This document shows positions 38,050-48,026 of a stretch of DNA of 48,026 nt, piece after piece. The translations under genes were made by a program, and so were the position numbers. Source of the DNA: Verrucomicrobiota bacterium (lineage in GTDB: Bacteria; Verrucomicrobiota; Verrucomicrobiia; Verrucomicrobiales; DEV007); NCBI GenBank assembly GCA_045046875.1, contig JASFYY010000085.1:1-48026 (forward strand). Direction: 5' to 3'. Below the pieces are notes generated by a model. The model did no database searches. It was not told where the DNA came from and was given only the letters and a program-made list of their open reading frames with translations. The stretch's first letter is position 1, and each line of letters opens with the position of its first letter.

Positions 38050-38856
38050 TTATTCGATGACGATCTTGGCAGGATCAAAATCGATGTCGGGGAAGTTCAT
38101 GTTCATGGCTTCGAGAGTTTTGATCATTAGTTGGGTCACCACTAGATTACGGTGCCACTTGCGGTCGGCAGGGATCACGTGCCAGGGGGCGTGATCGGTG
38201 CTGGTGCGGGTGATCATATCTTGAAAGGCGGTCATGAATTCGGACCAGCGGGCGCGGTCGTCGAGGTCGTCGACGTTGAATTTCCAATTTTTTTCAGGAT
38301 CATCGAGGCGAGCCTGAAGGCGTTGTTTTTGCTCTTTGTTGGAGATCAAGAGGAAGAGTTTCACAATGGTGGTGCCCTCGTCGCTGAGCATTTTTTCAAA
38401 GGCGTTGATGTGTTCGTAACGTTTCGACCAGACGCTTTTTGGGGCGAGGTTTTTGACTTGCACGGCGAGAATGTCTTCGTAGTGGCTGCGGTTGAAGATG
38501 GCGATTTTTCCTTTGCGGGGCACGCGGTAGTGGATGCGCCACAGGTAGTCCCGGTCGAGTTCGTTTTCGCTGGGTTTTTTGAAGGATTTCACCCGTACTC
38601 CGGCAGGGTCGGTGCCGGCAAAAACCTTGCGTATGGTGCCGTCCTTGCCGCCGGCATCGATTGCTTGCAGGATGACCAGCACCTTGTGTTTTTTCTCGGC
38701 GTAGAGCAGCTCTTGCAGTTCGCCGAGACGGGTGGTGAGAGCAGGCAGCATGGCATTGCCTTGTTCCTTGCCGATAGGGTAAAGACTGTCGTCCTTGGTA
38801 TTGATTTTAGAAAAGTCGGCTTGTGAGCCGGGAGTGATGAGGTATCTGGATGGCAT
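38050..38856 (-). CDS. ppk2: Polyphosphate kinase 2 family (polyphosphate:nucleotide phosphotransferase)
   Basis: QAIDAGGKDGTI, SFKKP, DYLWR, IFNRSHYEDIL, PWHVIPADRKW. Confidence 0.93.
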   Translation of the reverse strand: MPSRYLITPGSQADFSKINTKDDSLYPIGKEQGNAMLPALTTRLGELQELLYAEKKHKVLVILQAIDAGGKDGTIRKVFAGTDPAGVRVKSFKKPSENELDRDYLWRIHYRVPRKGKIAIFNRSHYEDILAVQVKNLAPKSVWSKRYEHINAFEKMLSDEGTTIVKLFLLISNKEQKQRLQARLDDPEKNWKFNVDDLDDRARWSEFMTAFQDMITRTSTDHAPWHVIPADRKWHRNLVVTQLMIKTLEAMNMNFPDIDFDPAKIVIE

Positions 38857-39128
38857 GGGGAAAGAGGGCGATTTAGTTGAACAGAGAGATGATTTTGTTG
38901 AGAGCGGGAAAAAGTAATAGTTGGATGAAAGCCAGGACGAGAAAAACGCCAAGAGCTGCGAGTTCCAGGAAAAGGGCAGGGGTGATCCCGTAAGGTGTCG
39001 TTTTTTTACCAGCTCTTTTTTTCATGGCTGGTAAAAATATAGCCTCCGTCTAGCAGTGAAAGCAAGAGCAAAGGCCAAAGGAGCGCGGACTTTTCAGTCC
39101 GCAGCGGAGGGGTGAAGAAGGTGAGGGG

Positions 39129-39686
39129 TTATTTTTCCATCTCTATGAGATGGTAATCAAAGGCACCCAATAATTCACCGGGTTCAACATCGTGGCATTT
39201 GAGGCATTCTTTTTTTGCCGGGATAGGAGCGAGGATGTGTGTGATGTAAGTCTCTTCATCCTGGGTGACTTCGGCAAAGGTCGAATGCTTGCGTAGCTGT
39301 TTGATTGCCTCGAGTTCTGGAAAGGTGAGGCGGCGGTTTGATTTTTTTAATAGTGAGGACTTTTTGTCAGGATGGCTGGCAAGATAATAGTGCTCTCCAT
39401 ATTCGGGGGTGAGTCCGATTAAGCTGATGGTTTTTGAAACGAATCTTTTGTCATTATAGGATACGTTCATGTCATTCCAGTAAACGCTTCGCTTGAAGCG
39501 TGAAACTCCAAAGTTGTCACCTTCCATGAATGAGGTGAGCGCTCGAGTGTGTGCTTTTTCTAGAGATGAGGTTGTTCGAATTCCTGAATAAGGGCCATTG
39601 ATATAGAACTGGGTGATGGCAAAGGCAGGTAAGATAAGGATCAATCCTGCAAAAAAAAGGCAGCTTTTGGTTTTCGTTTTAAGCAC
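39129..39686 (-). CDS. Membrane-anchored single-heme c-type protein (DUF3365-like)
   Basis: N-terminal TM helix; C-terminal CLKCH...GELLGAFDY. Confidence 0.6.
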   Translation of the reverse strand: MLKTKTKSCLFFAGLILILPAFAITQFYINGPYSGIRTTSSLEKAHTRALTSFMEGDNFGVSRFKRSVYWNDMNVSYNDKRFVSKTISLIGLTPEYGEHYYLASHPDKKSSLLKKSNRRLTFPELEAIKQLRKHSTFAEVTQDEETYITHILAPIPAKKECLKCHDVEPGELLGAFDYHLIEMEK

Positions 39687-39738
39687 GCAGATAGCTTACG
39701 AATATATACGAACCCATCACAAGAAAAAAGGTAAGGCT

Positions 39739-41868
39739 TTATTTTGCCAATGCTTCCACCTCCGCAGCTGTCAATGCGCGTTTGTAAATTGATACTTCGT
39801 CGAGGCGGCCTTCCCAGTTGTCCTGGTTGTCACAGCGTCCACCGATGAAGATTTGCTCGAACTTGGCGGGGAAATCAGCGGGCAGGTCGGTATCGATTTC
39901 TTTTTTTCCATTGAGGTAAGCCGTGACGTGTTTGCCTTTGCGCACCAAGGCGACGTGGTTCCAGGTCCAACGGGGGATGATGCTTTTTCCGGCGACTTGT
40001 TTTTTTGCACCGTGTTGCAATACCAGTTTGCCGGCATTTCCAGAGCTGCCGCCGATGCCGAGGTGCTCGCCTTGAGTGCCGAGCATGTGGTCTTTGTCAC
40101 GGGAAAACATCCACCCTGTGAAGGGGCGCCCTTGGTTGGGCATACCGTTCCAGATCCACAGGGAGATGGAGTAATCGTTGTCGAGGCCGGTGATCTGTGA
40201 GCGCAGGCGACCGCCTGCGAAGTGGGCGCTGCGGTTGATGTCACCGTTTTGGCAGAAGGCGGACGAGCGCGGGCCGTCGAGGTGGAAGACTACCCCGGCT
40301 TCATATTGTGCGTCGTGGTGTTGGGGCGATGAGTCGGCGGCATGGGGCGCTTCAAACTCGTCGAGCCGCCACCAGGCGTCGGGGCGACTGTTGTTGATAG
40401 CTTTGGCTGCGGGACCGCGTGAGGCGACGTAGTTGCGGCGGTTTTTTCCAGCGATCACTTCCTGCAGTTGGGTCAGGGTTTCGACGATTTTGGGTTCGGC
40501 TTGGACTTCGAGGCCGGCCGATCGGGCTGGCCAGGTATTGTAACCGCCGAGTGGGTGTTGTTCGGGTGGCGGGATGTAACCTTCGGCGCCGTTGGCGAGT
40601 TCGATGGTCATGTTGCCGGCGAGCGGGGTCGATGCCTTGAGCTTGAGACCGGTCAGGGCGTAGGTTTCGTTGGGGGTGGTGGTGATGCTGAAATCGCCGA
40701 TACGGATAGCTTGCAGGATGAGTTCGGTTTTTTGTTTTTCGTGCAGCAGGATGGCTTCACGGGCATAAACCTCCTGCAGAGTTTTGGGCTCTTCGGTTTT
40801 CATTTTGTCCAGCACTTCCAGGGCCCATTCGAGCCGTTGTTTGTCGGGCACACGATAGTTCAAGGGCAACAAACGCTGGGCCATGCTGAGCGAAATGTTG
40901 TCCTGGTATTTGATTTTGGCGTGGGCATCGAGGGCGATTTTCAGCAGGCCTGCGGTGTAGCTGTTGATGTCATGGGGTTTTCCCTTGGGAGCGGGTTTGG
41001 AGTAATCGCGATTGTAGATATCTCCACTGGCACCGTGGGACATGGCACCGACGAAGTCGGGTTTGTTTTGGGCGGCCTTGGGCGCGAGTTTTTGTTTCAG
41101 GCCTTCGGAGAAGAGGCCAAAATAATCGGCGCTGACGGGTGAGTCGCCGTAGTAGTGCATCGAAAAATTGGCAAATACGGCGATCGGACGTCCGTCCTTG
41201 GATTGGAAGGACAAGAGGGTGAGATCGGGATCCTCGGGACCGGATTCGCCGGTGGCGTCTTCACTGAGATAACCGGGGTGCATGTTGGCGCGCACGGTGA
41301 AATTGCCAAATGGGTCGACTTTCAAGCGGTCGGGGCGGCGGATCCAGCGCCGCAGGGCGGTGTGCTCGGGAGCTTGAGCGACGGTCCAGCCGAAGCGGGC
41401 GGGTTCGAGGTTTTTCTCGGCGGCGATGATGGCTTTAGCCAGACGTTTGACTAAGAGTTTCTGGTAAACTGGATCGGGGTCGGTGCCGAGGCAGCCAAAA
41501 CTGGATGGAGCCGAGTGGGTATGTGTGGCCGAGATCAGCATGTGATCAGGGTCGATGGAACAAGTTTTGGCGGCGAGCTTTTTGGCTTCGTTGAGCAGTT
41601 CGGTCGGCATCATGCAAGAGTCGGTGATGACGATGGCGAGGCGGTTGGCCGGATTGCCGTCGTCGAGCACCAGGGCGCGGGCGTTGACCTCGGTTTTGAC
41701 TTTATCAGCGATGTGACTGGTCATACTGCCGTTGATCAGTACCGGAAAAGTCTCCGGGGTTACGCTGATGACGGCGGCACCTGCTTGGAAGGCGGGGTTC
41801 TCGGCTTTAATGGCGGTAGGAACCAGAAAGAGGGCGACGGTAAGAAGGTAGAGGGATGTTTTTTTCAT
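39739..41868 (-). CDS. Ceramidase-like hydrolase with C-terminal LamG/ConA-like domain
   Basis: ISATHTHSAP, FSMHY, ELANGAEGYIPP, GGYNTW; C-terminal WNHVALVR...EGRLDEVSIYKRAL. Confidence 0.8.
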   Translation of the reverse strand: MKKTSLYLLTVALFLVPTAIKAENPAFQAGAAVISVTPETFPVLINGSMTSHIADKVKTEVNARALVLDDGNPANRLAIVITDSCMMPTELLNEAKKLAAKTCSIDPDHMLISATHTHSAPSSFGCLGTDPDPVYQKLLVKRLAKAIIAAEKNLEPARFGWTVAQAPEHTALRRWIRRPDRLKVDPFGNFTVRANMHPGYLSEDATGESGPEDPDLTLLSFQSKDGRPIAVFANFSMHYYGDSPVSADYFGLFSEGLKQKLAPKAAQNKPDFVGAMSHGASGDIYNRDYSKPAPKGKPHDINSYTAGLLKIALDAHAKIKYQDNISLSMAQRLLPLNYRVPDKQRLEWALEVLDKMKTEEPKTLQEVYAREAILLHEKQKTELILQAIRIGDFSITTTPNETYALTGLKLKASTPLAGNMTIELANGAEGYIPPPEQHPLGGYNTWPARSAGLEVQAEPKIVETLTQLQEVIAGKNRRNYVASRGPAAKAINNSRPDAWWRLDEFEAPHAADSSPQHHDAQYEAGVVFHLDGPRSSAFCQNGDINRSAHFAGGRLRSQITGLDNDYSISLWIWNGMPNQGRPFTGWMFSRDKDHMLGTQGEHLGIGGSSGNAGKLVLQHGAKKQVAGKSIIPRWTWNHVALVRKGKHVTAYLNGKKEIDTDLPADFPAKFEQIFIGGRCDNQDNWEGRLDEVSIYKRALTAAEVEALAK

Positions 41869-41970
41869 AAACGGGTAGGGGGCGGAAGTCTTTATAGACA
41901 AGCTGCATGGACTTATGTTGAAAAATACGCAGGAAAAGGTGTAGGCTCAGGTGGTCAAAAGAAGTGTGTG

Positions 41971-43203
41971 ATGAAAACAGGTGTTTATTTAATGATGGCG
42001 GTGGGATTGAGTTTGTTTATGTCGGCACTATCGTTGGCGGCGGATTGGCCGGGCTGGATGGGACCGGATAGGAATGGGATCACAGCTGAAAGGTTGGCTG
42101 GGGATATGGGCAAGGTGAGTTGGCGAGTCAAGGTGGGCATCGGTTTTTCGAGCATGGCGGTGGTGGGGGATCGTTTGCTGACCATGGGGCACAACGGAGA
42201 AAAACAGGGGGGTAAGGAAACCGTGTGGTGTCTGGATGTGAAGACGGGCAAGGTGTTGTGGTCGGATTCTTATACGGCGGAGTTATTGGACAATCTGCAC
42301 GTCGGAGGGCCGGCAGCGACTCCGCTGATCGATGGGAAGGTGGTGTATAGCTTGAGTCGTGATGGGCAGTTGCGGTGTTATTCTTTAGCGGAGGGAAAGC
42401 TTGTCTGGAAAGTGGATATGATGAAGACCTCCGGGATGAAACAAGTGCCGGAGTGGGGTTTTTCTGCTTCGCCTTTGTTGATCGGAGACCAATTGATCAT
42501 CGAAGCGGGGGCGACTTTTTGTTTGGATAAAAAATCGGGTAATGTCATCTGGAAGAGCCAAAACTATCGCCCGGCTTATGGCACGCCAAGCGCTTTCAAG
42601 GCACCGGACGGGCGGCAATGCCTGGCGGTGTTAAAAACGGATGGATTGGTTATTTTGGATAGGACCGATGGCAAAAGCCTGGCGTTTGCAAAGTGGGAGA
42701 CTTCTTTTAATACCAATGCCACCACGCCGATTGTAGTGGATGGTCGTTATGGTTTTATTTCAAGCGGTTATGACAGGGGCTGTGCTTTGTTTGATTTTCA
42801 CCAGGGGGCTTTGAAGCCGGTTTACGAAAAGGCGGTGATGAGTAATCACATGAACAACAGCGTGCGGGTGGGGGGACACTTATATGGTTTTGACGGCACG
42901 GCGCACCGGGGGCGACCGACGGAGTTTGTCTGCATGGATTTTAAAACGGGAACCGAGCGCTGGCGGGTGGGAGCTGAAAAATTACTGGGCTGTGGATCGC
43001 TGGTCGTGGCAGCCGATCAAATGTTGATTTTGACTGAACGCGGGGAATTGATTCGCGCCAAGGTGTCGGCGGAAGGGTTTGAGTTGGAGGACCGGGTGCA
43101 GGTATTGGGTGGGCGCTGTTGGACTCCTCTGGTTTTAGCGGGTGGGCGGGTGTTTTGCCGCAATTCCCGGGGAGATTTGATTTGTGCGGGTGGCGCTCAG
43201 TGA
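41971..43203 (+). CDS. PQQ-binding-like beta-propeller protein (BamB-like, PVC family)
   Basis: ADWPGWMGPDRNG, GKVLWS, ATPLI, WGFSASPL, CWTPLVLAGGRVFCRN; true start ATG 41971. Confidence 0.88.
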   Translation: MKTGVYLMMAVGLSLFMSALSLAADWPGWMGPDRNGITAERLAGDMGKVSWRVKVGIGFSSMAVVGDRLLTMGHNGEKQGGKETVWCLDVKTGKVLWSDSYTAELLDNLHVGGPAATPLIDGKVVYSLSRDGQLRCYSLAEGKLVWKVDMMKTSGMKQVPEWGFSASPLLIGDQLIIEAGATFCLDKKSGNVIWKSQNYRPAYGTPSAFKAPDGRQCLAVLKTDGLVILDRTDGKSLAFAKWETSFNTNATTPIVVDGRYGFISSGYDRGCALFDFHQGALKPVYEKAVMSNHMNNSVRVGGHLYGFDGTAHRGRPTEFVCMDFKTGTERWRVGAEKLLGCGSLVVAADQMLILTERGELIRAKVSAEGFELEDRVQVLGGRCWTPLVLAGGRVFCRNSRGDLICAGGAQ

Positions 43204-43311
43204 GTTGCTTTTAGGGCGTATCAGGAATTGAGTATCATTTTTGCAAAAAAAATGCTTTTTGGATTCGATTTTTCTTTCTTTTGGAGCGGGTTTTCATGCA
43301 CAATAGCAACG

Positions 43312-43617
43312 ATGTCTGAAGAATCCTTCATGAAGACGCAACGTGAGATGATAGAGGAGCTGATTTGGTCAGGTTTTCCTCAAGGCTACGTGGCGTTAAG
43401 AAATCCCGAATATTTAGCGGGGGTGATCGATGAGTTCATCGATAAGGATAATCGTGATCCGGTGGATATGTTGCAGGATTCGGTGTCGTTGAACCATGTG
43501 GCTTACCGCATGGCCAAACCCGACGAGCGTTTGGAGGATGACAAGGTTCAGATGTACCGCGACCTGGCCGAGTATGTTTGCCGTGGGCTTGCTTTGGCGG
43601 GCTCGGTAGAGGGCTGA
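43312..43617 (+). CDS. Hypothetical protein (101 aa)
   Basis: Acidic helical ORF with protein-like composition from ATG 43312. Confidence 0.6.
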   Translation: MSEESFMKTQREMIEELIWSGFPQGYVALRNPEYLAGVIDEFIDKDNRDPVDMLQDSVSLNHVAYRMAKPDERLEDDKVQMYRDLAEYVCRGLALAGSVEG

Positions 43618-43619
43618 AA

Positions 43620-43645
43620 TACCTTTTTCAACCGTTGAAATGGTA
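43620..43645. terminator. Hairpin between convergent genes
   Basis: tacc-t-tttcaa-cc-g-ttgaaa-t-ggta type stem directly after the 43617 stop. Confidence 0.35.
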
Positions 43646-43717
43646 TAAGGTTTCCCTAGGCGTGTCTCTACGAGATGGCCATGAAGTAGAGTTTTACTAG
43701 AAGCTGTTGGATCTCCC

Positions 43718-44059
43718 CTAAAAAACTGTCTGGAACAACCAGTAGAGCATGGCGCATAACAGCAGGAACAGGCAGAAAAAGTTGAACAAGTGGTGGTGTC
43801 TTTCCTGACGCGCGATTTTTTGATGTTTGCGGCTCAGGCGCTTTTTTTTCTGGGAAGTCGCGCGGCGGGGACGTTCCGGTGCTGAGATAATATTGCGCGT
43901 GGCGATTTTGTGTTTTCGCTCACGGAAAGGGGCGTCGGCGATGAACTCTTCAAGCCGCCCGATCTGGGCATGGAGCTTTTGCTCTTTTTCTTCCAGATTT
44001 TTGCGGCGGTTGCCAGGCTTGGTGGATTTTTTTGTGGAAGAAATGCGCTTTTTTCTCAT
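43718..44059 (-). CDS. Basic hypothetical protein with coiled coil and C-terminal TM helix
   Basis: K/R-rich; FFCLFLLLCAMLYWLF tail; co-oriented with the upstream operon. Confidence 0.65.
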   Translation of the reverse strand: MRKKRISSTKKSTKPGNRRKNLEEKEQKLHAQIGRLEEFIADAPFRERKHKIATRNIISAPERPRRATSQKKKRLSRKHQKIARQERHHHLFNFFCLFLLLCAMLYWLFQTVF

Positions 44060-44143
44060 GACGCGAGTGGAGTGCGACCTTTTGTCAGGCTGATCGTGGG
44101 AGGGAGGAAGGTGAGCTTTGGATTATCGGGGTGATAAAAAAGC

Positions 44144-44773
44144 TTATTTGGCCAATGTGTGTTGGATGAACATCAACAGTGAGGCTGCGATCATCAAGGG
44201 CAGGGTGAAAGCCAGGCCGCGCATCATCCAGTAGGAAAAACTGCTTTCATCACCGGATGACAAAGCGTTTTTCATCGATTGGGTTTTCAGCTTGGGCGCG
44301 GATTTCATGCCTTCCATGATGTGAGCAGATTTGTTGATTTGCTCCTGGGCATCATCGATTTTATCAATCGCCCGATTGAGCTCATTGCGCAGCTCTTTGC
44401 GGCTCCAGACTTCAGGACGCAGGGCTTGCACGATCTTAAGCTGGTGCTCGAAATTCTCTTTGGTGTCGAGGTAGGTGTCGGCGCGTTTTTGTGCTTCGAC
44501 GGCCTCCCGGTCAAGTGAGGTGATGCAGCGTGAAAGTTTGTCGCTGACTTCACTGCGTCCTTTTAGGAAGTCGTCTTTTTTGCGGTGCAGTTCTTCCAGT
44601 TCCGCTTTTTGGCGCTCGACCGCTTCCTGTCTCTGGCGCAACTCCTGCAGCTGCTCCTGAGCTTCATGAACCTGGTCTTCGAAGTCCTCTTTATATGGGG
44701 TGACTGCCTCAAAGGCGTTGTCATCGAAGTGAATCAATACATCCTGATCATCATACTTGGTTGCGGTGCTCAT
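44144..44773 (-). CDS. Coiled-coil protein with C-terminal membrane anchor
   Basis: EAQEQLQELRQRQEAVERQKAELEEL heptads; GLAFTLPLMIAASLLMFI. Confidence 0.8.
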   Translation of the reverse strand: MSTATKYDDQDVLIHFDDNAFEAVTPYKEDFEDQVHEAQEQLQELRQRQEAVERQKAELEELHRKKDDFLKGRSEVSDKLSRCITSLDREAVEAQKRADTYLDTKENFEHQLKIVQALRPEVWSRKELRNELNRAIDKIDDAQEQINKSAHIMEGMKSAPKLKTQSMKNALSSGDESSFSYWMMRGLAFTLPLMIAASLLMFIQHTLAK

Positions 44774-44804
44774 AGGTCTTAAAACTAGTTAAGAACTATT
44801 AATA

Positions 44805-46541
44805 TTACAATTCGTCTAAAAATACCAGCTTATTTATTGTTTTTATGGAAAAAATAACTGGTAGGGCGGTGGCGAGAATGGTTAAGGTAAAAGCGCTCAA
44901 CACGGCGATCAAGGCATGGGAGTTGGCTAGGATCGAGTAAATGTGGGTGGTGGAGCCGGTTTTGATAAGGGAGATGTGGGCAAAAATAAGGCAGCCGATG
45001 AACGAGGCGACATAAGCGAAGCTGGTGATCAGGCAGAGCGTGCCGCCAAAACCGGAGACGATTTTGGCGGAGTTGCTTTCTTTTAAGTTGGGGAAGATGG
45101 CGCCAAAACCGACCGCGATGGCATTCAGTCCGATGCTGAGCAGGACGATGGCGGTGGCAAAAAAGGTGATATCACTTCTGGGTAGTTGCAGCATGTGGCC
45201 GGAGAGAATGAGGATGGCAAAGGTCGCACTGCCGGTGAAGAGGGTGCTGAGGATCAGTTTTTGGATGATGATGCGGGAGAGTTGGATCGGAGACATGACG
45301 AGGATCCAGAAGCGCCGTCCTTCGAGGCTGAACTGGGGGAATACAAAGCGGGTGGTCAGGGTGGATAGGGCGAGGGCGCAGACGCTCAGATTGAGAAAAG
45401 CGAACATTTGCGCTTCTTGTGAGTTGCTGCGGTCGTATTCCATGTGGCGCAGGCTGATGGCATAGAGTGAGAGCAAAGCGAAGATGATGAGGAATTGCAG
45501 CCATTGACCCGGTTCGCGCACAAAGCTGCGCAGATCCTTGAGGCTGATGGCGATCATCGGAGATTTGGGTAGTTTGAACCACCAGTTCAGCGAGTCGGGG
45601 GAATCCAGGTCTTTGAAGTTGCGTTTTCGTTGACGGGCGGCGGTGGCGGCGGCGTGTTGCAGGCTGCGGCTTCTTGCGGGAAAAAAGTAATATTTGGCTA
45701 ACCACGAGGCGAGCAACAAGACCATCAAGGCGTTGCTGTATAACAAGGATACGTTGAGCGGATCCTTGCTGAGTCGCCAGGGATGTGTCCAGTCGATGGT
45801 AGATTTGGCCAGCCAGGTCGAGGGCAGCAGAGGGGAGGTGCTGATGTCAGTATGTCGCAAGACGAGTTGCAGGGTTAATGCGGCATTGAGGCCGGTTTTT
45901 TCGCTGAGTTCTTTATCCGACTGGTAGGTTTTCAGCGCAGAGTATCCGCCGATCAGGGCAATGATGATGGTGGCGTAGATGAGGTGGGATCGCCGAAACC
46001 AGCGCACGGTGATCAGCAGAAAGGTGATGGAGAGGCCGGTGCTGAGGATGACAAAAGGGATCATCGCACTGGCTGTTTTGAGATAAAAACCCAGGCCGAC
46101 ATCGCGGTGACGGGCTATGGCAATCAATAGCGGTGCGGTGATGAACAGCAGTCCCCAACTGGAAAAAAGGGAGGCTTCCAGACATTTCCACAAACACACC
46201 ACCCGGTGACTGAGGGGCAGGGTGAGCATCCACGAGGTTTCTTTGCTGCGGAAGAGGGCGATGTAACTTGCGACGCCAGCGGAGAAGGCCAGCATCAGGA
46301 AAAAGCAGAAAAAAATCAGGTGAATGATGCGGTCGGTCAGCAGGTCGCCGGCGGCGGGCAGGGTGGAGATGTATTTCAACCCCCGGCTGAAAATGACGTA
46401 GGCGGTGATGCTGTAGAGAATGAGGAACAGGCCGATGGTGGCACTCATCAACCGTGAGCGGCTGACATGGGCGACCAGGCGGTGGCGCAAAATCTTGATA
46501 TGGACTTTGCACAGCAGGCGCAGTTGTTCGAACTCGCTCAC
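44805..46541 (-). CDS. Putative ABC-2-type transporter permease
   Basis: About 12-14 TM segments, WMLTLPL, KDLRSFVREPGQWLQ, FPQFSLEGRRFWIL; GTGA overlap with the methyltransferase. Confidence 0.8.
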   Translation of the reverse strand: MSEFEQLRLLCKVHIKILRHRLVAHVSRSRLMSATIGLFLILYSITAYVIFSRGLKYISTLPAAGDLLTDRIIHLIFFCFFLMLAFSAGVASYIALFRSKETSWMLTLPLSHRVVCLWKCLEASLFSSWGLLFITAPLLIAIARHRDVGLGFYLKTASAMIPFVILSTGLSITFLLITVRWFRRSHLIYATIIIALIGGYSALKTYQSDKELSEKTGLNAALTLQLVLRHTDISTSPLLPSTWLAKSTIDWTHPWRLSKDPLNVSLLYSNALMVLLLASWLAKYYFFPARSRSLQHAAATAARQRKRNFKDLDSPDSLNWWFKLPKSPMIAISLKDLRSFVREPGQWLQFLIIFALLSLYAISLRHMEYDRSNSQEAQMFAFLNLSVCALALSTLTTRFVFPQFSLEGRRFWILVMSPIQLSRIIIQKLILSTLFTGSATFAILILSGHMLQLPRSDITFFATAIVLLSIGLNAIAVGFGAIFPNLKESNSAKIVSGFGGTLCLITSFAYVASFIGCLIFAHISLIKTGSTTHIYSILANSHALIAVLSAFTLTILATALPVIFSIKTINKLVFLDEL

Positions 46542-47707
46542 CAGGCAGCCATTTTTTGAAAGATAAACCCTTTGAGGTATTCAGACTCGGGGATGAGAGG
46601 AAGCACGGGGTGATCCTGTCGTTGGGAGTGGGACGAGAGCAAACGCAGGCTGGATTTGGCGTCCACGGCGGCGTCACAAATGGTATCGAGGAACATCTGC
46701 CGATTGACGTGATGCGAACAGCAGAAAGTGGCGAGGATGCCATCTTTATCTAATAACTTCAGGGCGCGCAGATGGATTTCCTTGTAACCGCGCATGGCGT
46801 CTTTCACCGATTTGCGATTGCGGGTGAAGGACGGTGGATCGAGAATGATCAGATCGTAGGGCGGGGTTTCGCTGTCGGTGGTTTTGAGAAAATCAAAGAC
46901 GTTGGCGTTGGTGAACTCAATATCGAGTTGGTTATTGCTCGCATTTTTCTGCGCGCAGTCGAGTGCGGTTTCGCTGCTGTCGATGGCTTGCACCGATTGT
47001 GCTCCACTGCGGGCGCAATGCAGGGCAAAACCGGCTTCGTTGCAAAAGCAGTCCAGCACGCGTCGACCTTTGGCCAGATCACCAACCGCTTGGTAGTTGT
47101 CGAATTGATCGAGGTAGAGTCCGGTTTTGTGCCCGTCGAGTGGATCCACCGCAAAGGCGATGCCCTGCACGGTGACTTGAAAAATACCGGGAGCTTCACC
47201 GTAGAGGAGGCCTTTTTCGAGCGGCAGGCCTTCGGCTTTGCGGATCGGGCTGTCGTTGCGTTCGATGATAGATTTAGGTGAAAAAATCTGCACCAGGGCC
47301 TGGGTGATCAGATCTTTGCGCTGATCCATGGCGAGCGTCAGGGTTTGCAGCACCAGGTGGTCGCCGTAGCGATCGATGATGACTCCCGGCAGGCCGTCAC
47401 TTTCGCTCCAGGTCAGACGGTAAACGTCGTCGTCAAAAGACATGCTGTTGCGCAGGGCCAAGGCGCGTTCGAAACGACGGATGAAAAAATCGTGATCGAG
47501 TTTTTGAGTGCGGCGGGAAAAACGACGCGCAATGATTTGCGATTCGGGATTGTAGATGGCGGTGCCAAGTTTGCGGTCTTTGAAGTCTTTGACGGAAATG
47601 ACTTCGCCGGGTTCGGGTTTGCCGAAAGTTTTATGAACTTCGCTGGTGTAGACCCAGTCGTGTCCGTGAAAGATGCGTGATCTGGGTTTGACGATGATTC
47701 CTGCCAT
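46538..47707 (-). CDS. rlmI: Class I SAM-dependent rRNA methyltransferase, RlmI/RlmK family (PUA domain)
   Basis: GHDWVY, SESDGLPGVIIDRY, GHKTGLYLDQ, VLDCFC..AGF, LIILDPPSF, DHP...PESEYLKG. Confidence 0.85.
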   Translation of the reverse strand: MAGIIVKPRSRIFHGHDWVYTSEVHKTFGKPEPGEVISVKDFKDRKLGTAIYNPESQIIARRFSRRTQKLDHDFFIRRFERALALRNSMSFDDDVYRLTWSESDGLPGVIIDRYGDHLVLQTLTLAMDQRKDLITQALVQIFSPKSIIERNDSPIRKAEGLPLEKGLLYGEAPGIFQVTVQGIAFAVDPLDGHKTGLYLDQFDNYQAVGDLAKGRRVLDCFCNEAGFALHCARSGAQSVQAIDSSETALDCAQKNASNNQLDIEFTNANVFDFLKTTDSETPPYDLIILDPPSFTRNRKSVKDAMRGYKEIHLRALKLLDKDGILATFCCSHHVNRQMFLDTICDAAVDAKSSLRLLSSHSQRQDHPVLPLIPESEYLKGFIFQKMAAW

Positions 47708-47873
47708 GATATTAAAAAAGTTATTTAATTGAGTGAGTGCTGCGAGTTGAGACTGCGCAGATGCCAGTGCTGACACGCTAGATGATAAATTTCGTCAGAC
47801 GCTGGCGGTCAAATTTGCACTCGTCTAGAGTAGCGGAGTTTGGAGCGTTTTACCATGCGAAAGTTTTTCCAAT

Positions 47874-47943
47874 GGGTGTAAGGCAAAATAGTTAATTGCC
47901 GCGGCGCTAAGCTGCTGACCGCTATGAGTTTCGCCCTTGCAGG
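47874..47943. repeat. Second, partial copy of the left end of the 19670-19980 element
   Basis: gggtgtaaggcaa(a/t)atagttaa ... gctgctgaccgctatg(a/c)gtt(t/g)cgccctt(t)gcagg, with a 15-nt insertion relative to 19670-19725. Confidence 0.8.
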
Positions 47944-48026
47944 CATACGCGTCAACTTAAGGCAAGAGCGTAGAAAGATTCATGATAATTTTTTCGCCGC
48001 CTCTTATCGTAGCAGCAATATTTCCT

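Noticed and set aside
39003..39037. tttttaccagc/gctggtaaaaa inverted repeat as a terminator
   Set aside because: No U-tract follows the stem on either strand; function unassigned
41515..41970. N-terminal extension of the PQQ-propeller ORF (likewise the extensions of recQ, ppk2, GH99-like, RAYT and rlmI ORFs)
   Set aside because: They overlap opposite-strand genes or repeats; signal peptides, RBS or family N-termini indicate downstream starts
22367..47680. Numerous 60-280-aa ORFs antisense or out of frame to the annotated genes
   Set aside because: Shadow ORFs expected in moderately GC-rich coding DNA; no recognisable motifs

Overview
Bacterial chromosome window, probably Verrucomicrobiota/PVC. 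This is inferred from the gene families present (arylsulfatase, SHD1-peptidases, ceramidase-like and PQQ-propeller proteins, long RAYT-type transposase) and from PVC-style dispersed repeats. The left third (about 1-16.2 kb) is an accessory region downstream of tRNA-Cys. It holds (i) a WYL-regulator DNA-damage module (YcaQ glycosylase, YafY-type regulator, small AlkZ-related-like protein, two palindromic operator/promoter boxes); (ii) an AT-richer candidate defence block with an Mrr-nuclease/SF2-helicase carrying 7 mosaic HA repeats and a SIR2 gene coupled to a 939-aa helical partner; and (iii) a mobile-mystery XRE/Fic pair. Three diverged copies of one gene's promoter and 5' end mark the junctions of what look like successively inserted blocks. 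The rest is mostly housekeeping and catabolic: tandem SHD1-metallopeptidases, RecQ, sulfatase, YyaL-type protein, esterase, HUH transposase, Tsx-type porin, sugar oxidoreductases, secretin, PPK2, ABC permease and an RlmI-type methyltransferase. It also contains a candidate multi-branched structured RNA and REP/REPIN-like repeats. All calls come from motif reading by eye; no searches or folding programs were run.
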